From: a virus
Taxonomy: Duplodnaviria > Caudoviricetes
Length of the DNA stretch: 29,720 nt
Reading direction: 5' to 3' (one strand)
IMG/VR virus record: IMGVR_UViG_3300010286_000007
Coordinates: 1-29,720 of that record
The notes beneath the pieces are model-generated. The model saw nothing but the letters and a program-made list of their open reading frames with translations, had not been told where the DNA came from and did no database searches. The first letter of the stretch is position 1. Every line of letters begins with the position of its first letter. The translations under genes and the position numbers were made by a program. Positions 15,818-23,334 of this stretch are shown piece after piece.

Positions 15818-16032
15818 GATTGTGATTCCTCCTCTTCTAACTTCTCAACGATAATGACGCTTTTATCATAGCAATATCCATATTGAGAGTAGTCTTCACA
15901 CTCTTGATAGTTTTCAAATGGAATGTCGCTTAAATCAATATCTTCAAAATAGAATTCTGTGTTTTCGTCAATTACTTTAAAGATAATGTAATCTTCAGTT
16001 TGCTTTAAGATTTCATATTTTTTATTTTTCAT
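15814..16032 (-). CDS. small highly acidic protein
   Basis: 20 D/E vs 7 K in 72 aa; GGAGG RBS. Confidence 0.7.
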   Translation of the reverse strand: MKNKKYEILKQTEDYIIFKVIDENTEFYFEDIDLSDIPFENYQECEDYSQYGYCYDKSVIIVEKLEEEESQS

Positions 16033-16086
16033 AATGTCCTCCTTCTTTTTCCGATTTTTATGGATAATCGGGAACCAAATTTTAAT

Positions 16087-16410
16087 TTAAAAACCAAGCT
16101 CTTTCGCAAGAGCTAAAGCTTCTTTAACTGTCATTACGCTTCTTCTTGCAAGTTCAAAAGCTACTCGGTTTCTAGTTTCATCATCATCTGTAATAACGAT
16201 GTTTACTTTCTTGTATTGAACTGCTTTGCCGGAAATACGAACTAATTTTGCGTTTCGTTCTTTTCTCCAGTCTTTTTGAGTAGAAGCTTTTGCTTCTGCC
16301 CAAGCTATTTGAAGGCAGATAGCAAAAACTGCTTTCATATTTGTATCACTGTTTGTTCTATAGATTTCCCATGCTCTTTTCATGATATTTTGTGTGTTAT
16401 ATTTTTTCAT
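16087..16410 (-). CDS. hypothetical protein, first gene of the accessory operon
   Basis: GGGAG RBS; IMKRAWEI...CLQIAWAEAK helical motif. Confidence 0.75.
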   Translation of the reverse strand: MKKYNTQNIMKRAWEIYRTNSDTNMKAVFAICLQIAWAEAKASTQKDWRKERNAKLVRISGKAVQYKKVNIVITDDDETRNRVAFELARRSVMTVKEALALAKELGF

Positions 16411-16451
16411 TTTTACTATCTCCCTTCAAATTTGTTTTTCTTTATGGTCTT

Positions 16452-16481
16452 ATTATATCATGTTGTAGAACGTTCTACAAC
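16452..16481 (-). promoter_or_regulatory. sigmaA promoter overlapped by a 20-bp palindromic operator
   Basis: TTGTAG-17-TATAAT with TG extension; GTTGTAGAACGTTCTACAAC at 16462-16481. Confidence 0.8.
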
Positions 16482-16531
16482 GTATAATTTGCACAAACTT
16501 CAATTTATTATTTTATATATTTTGCACAAAT

Positions 16532-16570
16532 AAAAAAAGGGTACTGCTCGATCGAACAGTACCCTTTTTT
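16532..16570. terminator. bidirectional terminator ending the late/lysis operon
   Basis: A7-GGGTACTG-N10-CAGTACCC-T-tract. Confidence 0.9.
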
Positions 16571-16778
16571 ATTCGTCCTTATTCTCTCTATTTGCATCAA
16601 CAAATCCTTCAGCTAATATGTAAGCGATCAGAGTTGCTCCTGACATAATTATTGAAGTCACTTGCTCTATCTCCGCATCTGCAACATTAAAAGCATAGAG
16701 TAAAGCAGATACAAAGCCGACTACTGCAACCCAGAACTTCCGACTAGATAGTTTTTGTTTCCAATCAATATTCTTCAT
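16569..16778 (-). CDS. holin (start revised to MKNIDW)
   Basis: WKQKLSSRKFWVAV, two hydrophobic helices, YILAEGFVD; GGGAGG RBS. Confidence 0.8.
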   Translation of the reverse strand: MKNIDWKQKLSSRKFWVAVVGFVSALLYAFNVADAEIEQVTSIIMSGATLIAYILAEGFVDANRENKDE

Positions 16779-17028
16779 TTTGATCCTCCCTTTGTTGTTT
16801 TGTTTTCTTAATTCCAGATAAGAACCATAACTCACCAGTTGTAAAAGCAAACCAACAACCAATCAATGTTGTTGGCTCATTCCCGGTTTGCGAAAATACA
16901 TATAAAATAGCAACAGTAAAAAGTATATTTAGTATAATTACTGTTGCTACTATTGCTTTAGAAAATCTGCCTTTTTTCTTTTCTCTCTTTTTCTTTTCTA
17001 ATAGCAATTCAACCTCTAAATCTGTCAT
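16765..17028 (-). CDS. two-TM membrane protein in the lysis cassette
   Basis: Basic N-terminus, hydrophobic segment, GNEPTTLIGCWFAFTTGELW. Confidence 0.7.
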   Translation of the reverse strand: MTDLEVELLLEKKKREKKKGRFSKAIVATVIILNILFTVAILYVFSQTGNEPTTLIGCWFAFTTGELWFLSGIKKTKQQREDQNEEY

Positions 17029-17756
17029 TGAAATAACACCACCTTACTCGCATTATCCCATCCAACTTTGAATCCAAGCGCCTCTCCTACGTCTCGAATA
17101 GGCACTTCATATTGCCCTATTTTAATGAAATTAGTACCATTTTTAATGCCTCCCGGTACTTCTCTTATCTGATTGTTTATCTTAACTTTAATCGTGCTTT
17201 TATTGCTGTTCCCGGACATTCTGGATAATACCTCCTTCTTGAACTTCTCCCACTCTGCAGGATTGTTCACAAACCACTTATGACAATCCTTCCCGGTTAT
17301 ATCATAGTGTCTATATAAATCTGACATAGGGTCCAGTTTATAGACCATACAAAGATCTTTACACAACTCTACAAGACTTTCATATGTTTCATTTGTCATT
17401 TTCCCGTTCCAATCCGTATGAGTACATTCAATGCCCAATGTCGTAGCATTAGGATAGCTTCCTAATGTCTTGACTGCTGCAGCTTTATAGCTGTTTGACC
17501 CTACATGATACGCCATTTCGGATGAAGGAATACACTGCAAAACTGAACCGTTTAAATCAATTATATAGTGCGCAGAGCCATATCCGGATTTACCGTTTTT
17601 CCGGTTTTCGAAAAAATTTCGATTGGCTTTTGCCGAGGTGTTTGGATTGGCTACCCAGTGGACTACAATTCCTTTTACTCCTTGTAGTTTGGTACCTGGG
17701 CGACTATATTCGTTGATGGTTAGCAGATCCTTGATTAAATTCATATTCATCCCCAC
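17025..17756 (-). CDS. endolysin, Amidase_2-type N-acetylmuramoyl-L-alanine amidase
   Basis: IVVHW, SAHYIID, EMAYHVG, GIEC, RHYDITGKDC; C-terminal VPIRDVGEALGFKVGWD domain. Confidence 0.92.
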   Translation of the reverse strand: MGMNMNLIKDLLTINEYSRPGTKLQGVKGIVVHWVANPNTSAKANRNFFENRKNGKSGYGSAHYIIDLNGSVLQCIPSSEMAYHVGSNSYKAAAVKTLGSYPNATTLGIECTHTDWNGKMTNETYESLVELCKDLCMVYKLDPMSDLYRHYDITGKDCHKWFVNNPAEWEKFKKEVLSRMSGNSNKSTIKVKINNQIREVPGGIKNGTNFIKIGQYEVPIRDVGEALGFKVGWDNASKVVLFQ

Positions 17757-17758
17757 CT

Positions 17759-18013
17759 TTACTTAAATATGCCCTGTTGAACAGCATAAAAAAAGAAGCT
17801 TACAAACGCTCCTACCATAAGGCCAATGAACCATTTTAACGTTGTATTCAAGGTTCCCAGCTTATCAATAAGCCCCTCTAACCTTTCTTCTAATCTTGAA
17901 TTAACTTGCTCAATTCTGTCTAATCTGCCAGAATGATTGTCAAGTCTTTTTTCAACGATCTCAAGTTTTTCATCAATTCTTTTATGTCTTTCTTTACATA
18001 GTGAATCTTCCAT
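17759..18013 (-). CDS. XhlA-like lysis protein
   Basis: Coiled coil (RLDNHSGRLDRIEQ) plus C-terminal TM helix, upstream of the endolysin. Confidence 0.8.
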   Translation of the reverse strand: MEDSLCKERHKRIDEKLEIVEKRLDNHSGRLDRIEQVNSRLEERLEGLIDKLGTLNTTLKWFIGLMVGAFVSFFFYAVQQGIFK

Positions 18014-18030
18014 AATTCTTACCTTCCTTC

Positions 18031-18062
18031 AAATAAAATTAGTGCAGATCGGCTCTGCACTA
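18031..18062 (-). terminator. terminator between tail and lysis genes
   Basis: TAGTGCAGA-N5-TCTGCACTA followed by ATTTTATTT. Confidence 0.7.
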
Positions 18063-18122
18063 TTCTTATTCCCTCTCGTTCATCTTTTGTTCGTTAAACT
18101 GACGTTTAATTATGTATCTCTC

Positions 18123-18338
18123 TTATGTCGCATTATTATCCAAAAATTCATCTAGCAAAACAAGAGAATAAGTTTTAATCTTTGTATCAAAATCATATTC
18201 GCAGGTAACTTTAACAACTCTATATCTTTTATTATCAAAACGAATACTATCCCAATCACGAGGGGCTACAGATTCCTACATTATTATTCCTTCAACTGTC
18301 TTGCTATCAGGCATAATAAATCCACATATACATTTTAT
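18123..18338 (-). pseudogene. disrupted 72-codon reading frame
   Basis: GGAGTG RBS then ATA in start position; single in-frame TAG at 18276-18278; frame then open to TAA. Confidence 0.55.
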
Positions 18339-18343
18339 TTATT

Positions 18344-18571
18344 TCACTCCTTCCCATCAGATACTGTTGGTGTATCTCCCCAAACTAACATAATTGCCGT
18401 TCGGTATGGTTCGGGAACTTTTGCATTTACTAACTCTCTTTCCGTTGTACTGTTATAATAAGTAGTTTTATGTATATTTACTAAGACAGATTTATTATCA
18501 TGTTCTATCCAAGTTTCCTTTTTTACTACTGCAAAATCCGAAGTAAGCATTTCTAGTATTATTTTATCCAT
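18344..18571 (-). CDS. small protein following the receptor-binding protein (possible chaperone)
   Basis: GGAGG RBS; position; VPEPYRTAIMLVWGDTPTV. Confidence 0.65.
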   Translation of the reverse strand: MDKIILEMLTSDFAVVKKETWIEHDNKSVLVNIHKTTYYNSTTERELVNAKVPEPYRTAIMLVWGDTPTVSDGKE

Positions 18572-18584
18572 TAAAAAACCTCCT

Positions 18585-19730
18585 TTAAACTATGTAATAC
18601 CAACCGCTTATAGTAATCTCAGATGTGTCTGTTAAATCCCTAACTTTAATAGTTTCTCCGTACCTGTTAATAATGTTATTACCTAATTTCGATAATGTTA
18701 AATAAACTGTATCAGCGAAAAATCCTACACCATCACTTATGGGTTCTACCATGTTTGCACATTTCAACATAAACATAGAATTATTTACTGTTTTCGAACT
18801 TCTAGGAAAAGGAAAGCCTATCATTGCTACCGTGTCTGTACTGTGAGATGTCGGCTTTTTAGAAAGCTGAACCCTTCCTGTAATATGAACTATTTTTCCT
18901 ACCCTAACATAATCCCCTTCTTGTAAAATGTACTCTGTTCCTGTATTATGAATTCTCGGTGTCCATGTTCCTTCTTCATAATCCTGAGAGGCTATCGCCC
19001 CCATGCCGTGTGGTCTAATTGTATCTGACGCATTTTCTGCCAAATGCGACGTAAGGTTTTGTTCGCTAGTTCCTAAGCGGTCATTTAGTAACGTATGCAA
19101 TTCATTGATTGCATTGACTAGATTTAGCTGCAGATCTTTGCTTTCTAAATTAGTCCTTATTTCCTCTACAAGCTCTTCCAAATTCCCTATCTTGTGCGCT
19201 AATTGAGGATCATCGCCTACACTAATATTTTCTATGTCTTCTTGCAATTGCTCTATTGCTTGTTCTATTTCATGTATTCGCTGTTCATCAAGTTCTAAGT
19301 CTTGTATATCTTGAAGTGCCTGTTGAAGCATTGAGAAAGTATCAGTGCTTATTACCGTCTCATCATCCTGCAGCGATTTACGAACTCTGAAATAGAACTG
19401 TGCAGATGTAAGTCTTTTATTCGCTACTTCATTGTCCCATATCTGTATTTCTGCTTTGCAAGTTCCTGCTACATTTATAGTGTCTAATTTAAGAAGTACA
19501 GATACTATCCCTTCTGTATCTACGATAGTACAATCCTGTTGTACTGTTGTTCCGTCGCTTTTCCTAACTACAAGCCTAACTACTGTATCTTCTAAATTCA
19601 CAGGTTTATATCCATCTTCTACTAATGTAATTAGAAACTTGTGTGAAGCATAATCTCCTGTAACAGTTGTTATATTTGTTGTATTAGCGCCTTTGCCTAT
19701 ATCTAATGTAAACTCATGTACCTTTTCCAT
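18585..19730 (-). CDS. BppU-like baseplate / tail fibre receptor-binding protein
   Basis: BppU-type N-terminus (TGDYAS...KSDGTTVQQ...AEIQIW...LTSAQFYF), coiled coil, EEGTWTP...GDYVRVGKIVHI head. Confidence 0.8.
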   Translation of the reverse strand: MEKVHEFTLDIGKGANTTNITTVTGDYASHKFLITLVEDGYKPVNLEDTVVRLVVRKSDGTTVQQDCTIVDTEGIVSVLLKLDTINVAGTCKAEIQIWDNEVANKRLTSAQFYFRVRKSLQDDETVISTDTFSMLQQALQDIQDLELDEQRIHEIEQAIEQLQEDIENISVGDDPQLAHKIGNLEELVEEIRTNLESKDLQLNLVNAINELHTLLNDRLGTSEQNLTSHLAENASDTIRPHGMGAIASQDYEEGTWTPRIHNTGTEYILQEGDYVRVGKIVHITGRVQLSKKPTSHSTDTVAMIGFPFPRSSKTVNNSMFMLKCANMVEPISDGVGFFADTVYLTLSKLGNNIINRYGETIKVRDLTDTSEITISGWYYIV

Positions 19731-19744
19731 ATTACCACCTCTTT

Positions 19745-19990
19745 CTATACGATTTTTCCTACTATAATAAATGTACTGCCTACTCTAGCCATAAGCACTG
19801 TATCCCCTGCTGTTACGCTTACGCTGTCTAGTTTTTTGTAACTTTTTTGTGTGGCAATGCTCTCTCCCGCAAAAATAACAGTGCAACCCTCTGTGGTTAC
19901 ACTGTCTATTGTGGCTGTAGTAAATATGTAGTTTGTTATCCACTTCTTTGTTTCTCTGTTTATTAAGTCTAAGTCGTACTGTTCTATCAT
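19745..19990 (-). CDS. small tail-tip protein
   Basis: VIFAGE...GDTVLMARVGSTFIIVGKI; position in tail-tip module. Confidence 0.65.
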   Translation of the reverse strand: MIEQYDLDLINRETKKWITNYIFTTATIDSVTTEGCTVIFAGESIATQKSYKKLDSVSVTAGDTVLMARVGSTFIIVGKIV

Positions 19991-21093
19991 AGGCTTACCA
20001 CCCTTCTCACGTTATGCGTCATTGTGTGGCTATTACAATCGATATTCCAGGAAGTTTCCTGGAATATGTCGTCTATGCCTAATGTTTCATATCTAATGTA
20101 AAGATTGTCAAGGTAATCATGAAAAGGCATAATTGCAGTAGTAAACTCTAAGTGTCCATAAACATTTGACGCATTTATTGCTATCCTGCGCACATAATCA
20201 TCTAAACTTTGCTGGTCTGCAATATCTTCTATTTCTCGCTTGTCCCATTTTTCTCTACCTATATTAATAGTAGAAATAGGACTGTAAGGACTTTCGTTTT
20301 TGTAGATACTTTTTAAGCTAGGCTTTTCTGGATTGGTGGTGTAAACTAAAAAACAATTTTTCACTTCAAACAAATCTAAACTTTCCTTCATTCCATAATG
20401 AGTAACAGATAATTCATTATCTATATAATTGTAAGTTGTTTCTCTGTTTGCAGGTTCTACATACTTTTCTGATACAAAATAGCCGTTAGCATCAGTTCGC
20501 AGGGAATAGTAATTTATCTCGTCTAACAACTCATTGATGATTTCTAGTTTATTTTTAGATATATCGAATTCCTTATCGGTTGCTAAAACCTTATCAGTAG
20601 CTTCTATATTTATATTTTCTTCACCACTGCTACTAATGATACTGGATATAGCACTAACATAGTTAGTTCCTGCGGGGATAAAATACCTTTCACTAAAGCC
20701 ATCATCTAAGAGTATTTGTAGTTTGCTGTAACACTCTATATCTCTAGTAATTTCACTGTCATTGTCTGCTCTAGTAGGACTATTTAAAAGAAATATCCCT
20801 AGTGGGAAACTTACTCTTTTCCCATTTGCTTCAATATAAAAAACAGGCTTTATTCTATCTGAAAGATAGTCTATAGCCTGTTCGCTTTCTGCTATTGTAA
20901 GTGTTGCGGTTCTTTTTATTGTTCTCAAAGACTTATACTCAATACTCAAAGATTTCACGTTTTTGAGTGTACCTTTTTCGTTCTCGTCTTTGTCAAGAAG
21001 AATAACTTCGTACCATTCTTTTCTGTTAGATGAATGTAGAATACTTACTACTTCATCATGCGTCAAACCATCTCTTGCAAGGTTAATCATCAT
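19987..21093 (-). CDS. tail hub / Tal-like minor tail protein
   Basis: IKRTATLTI, PLGIFL, IINELLDEINY; position; start revised to MMINLA after GGAGG. Confidence 0.7.
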   Translation of the reverse strand: MMINLARDGLTHDEVVSILHSSNRKEWYEVILLDKDENEKGTLKNVKSLSIEYKSLRTIKRTATLTIAESEQAIDYLSDRIKPVFYIEANGKRVSFPLGIFLLNSPTRADNDSEITRDIECYSKLQILLDDGFSERYFIPAGTNYVSAISSIISSSGEENINIEATDKVLATDKEFDISKNKLEIINELLDEINYYSLRTDANGYFVSEKYVEPANRETTYNYIDNELSVTHYGMKESLDLFEVKNCFLVYTTNPEKPSLKSIYKNESPYSPISTINIGREKWDKREIEDIADQQSLDDYVRRIAINASNVYGHLEFTTAIMPFHDYLDNLYIRYETLGIDDIFQETSWNIDCNSHTMTHNVRRVVSL

Positions 21094-23308
21094 AATCAAC
21101 CTCCGTAACTTCAAAAGACACTTCCCATATACGCGGGTTTATTTGCTCTGTTATCTGTGGTTCAGATGTTATAAATACATATTTATTTCTTCCTCTACTA
21201 TCTCTAAGTAGTAAAATTTCTTGTGTATCTACTAAATCCAGTAATGCATTTACCACTTCTTCTTTTGTTATTACAAAAGATAGTTGCATTGTCCAGTTTT
21301 GCTGTTGCCCTCTAATTACTACTGGCTTAGTTCTCCCTGCATAGTGTACTAAAGTTTTTGTATATGTTTTTGTATGCGTTCTGCTAGGATTGTATTTTAG
21401 TTCTACCCACTGCGTGTAGTCCTGTGTATTTGCTAATTGTGTGTTATTTACCTTAACAGAAGTATTTTGTATGTTGCTATCCTTATACCCACCTTCTTCG
21501 GCCATGGCTCTTACTTTATATTCATATTGCGTGTTGTGCGTTAAAGTATAGTCTATAAATTTTCCGTTTACTTCTACTTCGCCTATCTTAGTCCATTCTA
21601 TCTCGTTATATCTTTTACGATAAATCTCATTTCTTGCTATTTCAGAAGTAATTGGATTAGTAACAAGGATATGGACGCTAGCCCTAGTATAGTCTACAAA
21701 TAGCCTAAAAGAAGGTTGGTTTGGCTCTGCAAAAAATGTTGTTATTGTTTGTTCTGCCCAGTCAGACCATAAGCCAAAGCGATTTTTAATTCTTAGTTTT
21801 AATGTATAGGTTTTCTTATTTTCTAATGCTTTTTCTAGTGCATAACTTGTTGCAGTGCTGGTAATTTCTTGTGTGTCAAAGTAAATTTCTGTTCCTTCTG
21901 TAACTTGTAATCTAAAAGCAGTTTGTCCGCTTGAAATCCATGTAATTGTAGGATGGCTAATATCAAAACTAGTACCACTTGTTATTGTAGGTTTTGCTGG
22001 TGCAGTAATATATGTAAAGCTTGCTTCTGTACTCCAATCACTCCATACATTTAGAGTAGATTGTACCCTAACTTTCCATAAAACCGTTCCTGCAGTAAGA
22101 TTAGGGAAAGTATAACTACTTTCTGTTCCTCCTGTAATGGTAGTCCATTCTGCACCTTCACATTTATACATAAGTTCAAAGTTTTTTTGCGTTTCTCCTC
22201 TGCCTGTACTATTGAATGCCCATGTTGCGGTTACAGTTTCATCATCTATTTCTTGTCCAAAAGGTTGCAAATTCCCTGGGGCTACTGGCTTAGAAGTTTT
22301 ATAATTAATCTGAATTGCATCAGTAAAAGCAGAAATTCCGCCTAAGTTATTCTTAGTACGCACTCTTACATAAACCGTTCTGTTCGTTACAGTTGTATCA
22401 TTTAATATCGATTCAGCAATCGTATAAGTAGTTGTGCTTCCTGTATGACTTAGAGTATTCCAGGTCGATCCGTCAAAACTATACTGAATATCTGCCCCTG
22501 ACTGAGTGTCCGAACCATCAGTACTTTGTCTGTATGTCCAACTTACATTTACTACCCCTGCGTTCTGCACTGCTGTAAAATTTGTGGGTTGAAGAGGATT
22601 CTTACTTGCATAAGTAAGATTTACAGTATCAGACCATGCAGATATCCCGCCAAGATTATTTTTTGTTCGTACTCTAATGTCTACATTAATATCGCCTGTC
22701 GCACCTTCAAAAATACTTGAATTAAGAGTGTAATTTGTATTCGTGCCTGATACCTCTATGCTTTGCCATGTTCCTCCGCCGATCCTATATTGTATTTCAT
22801 ATCCGGTCATTGCATCTCCCGTTTGACCGCTGCCTACATAATCAAAAGAAATGTTGATATCTGTTCCGCTTTGAACCGCTGAAAGATTTTCAGGTTTAGT
22901 AGGCTCATTCCCAAGTGCATATCTTACTTCCAAGTAAGCAGGATTTGAACTATCCTTATCAGCAATTGTGAGTATAGCCCCTGTACCATAACCTAACGTA
23001 TCTAATAGAATTCGATAGTAATTCTCTAAACTTGATATTTGAGCTGAATAATATCGGTTCACTTCATCGTCGTAAATTTGTGGCAATTTTCCCACTTGTG
23101 TGAAAGTACTTTCTTTATATATCCAACCAGTCGTGTATTTAGAAGCATTCGTATCTGCAGATGTGACATATAAGTACATCTTAATATCTAAAATATTCGC
23201 ACCTGCCGGAGGAGTAAAACTCTGATAATAAAAGTTCAAATAATCATTATCATCTTTGGCTTGGATATCGGTATTTGTTTGATATAGTTTCTGTGTGTAA
23301 ATAGCCAT
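21083..23308 (-). CDS. FN3/Ig-repeat minor tail protein with probable C-terminal Dit-like domain
   Basis: Repeated FN3 signatures (VRTKNNLGGISA twice, WKVRVQS..WSDWS, YEYKVRA); C-terminal LLLRDSRGR; follows tape measure. Confidence 0.75.
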   Translation of the reverse strand: MAIYTQKLYQTNTDIQAKDDNDYLNFYYQSFTPPAGANILDIKMYLYVTSADTNASKYTTGWIYKESTFTQVGKLPQIYDDEVNRYYSAQISSLENYYRILLDTLGYGTGAILTIADKDSSNPAYLEVRYALGNEPTKPENLSAVQSGTDINISFDYVGSGQTGDAMTGYEIQYRIGGGTWQSIEVSGTNTNYTLNSSIFEGATGDINVDIRVRTKNNLGGISAWSDTVNLTYASKNPLQPTNFTAVQNAGVVNVSWTYRQSTDGSDTQSGADIQYSFDGSTWNTLSHTGSTTTYTIAESILNDTTVTNRTVYVRVRTKNNLGGISAFTDAIQINYKTSKPVAPGNLQPFGQEIDDETVTATWAFNSTGRGETQKNFELMYKCEGAEWTTITGGTESSYTFPNLTAGTVLWKVRVQSTLNVWSDWSTEASFTYITAPAKPTITSGTSFDISHPTITWISSGQTAFRLQVTEGTEIYFDTQEITSTATSYALEKALENKKTYTLKLRIKNRFGLWSDWAEQTITTFFAEPNQPSFRLFVDYTRASVHILVTNPITSEIARNEIYRKRYNEIEWTKIGEVEVNGKFIDYTLTHNTQYEYKVRAMAEEGGYKDSNIQNTSVKVNNTQLANTQDYTQWVELKYNPSRTHTKTYTKTLVHYAGRTKPVVIRGQQQNWTMQLSFVITKEEVVNALLDLVDTQEILLLRDSRGRNKYVFITSEPQITEQINPRIWEVSFEVTEVDYDD

Positions 23309-23334
23309 TTAATCACCTGCCTTTCCATATTGGA

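Noticed and set aside
16462-16481. LexA box (GAAC/GTTC)
   Set aside because: Half-sites are adjacent with no 4-nt spacer
18276-18278. Genome-wide TAG recoding
   Set aside because: int, capsid, major tail and rusA end at TAG at expected lengths
18585-19730. DGR target or invertible tail fibre
   Set aside because: No reverse transcriptase, template repeat, invertase or inverted cassette seen in the window
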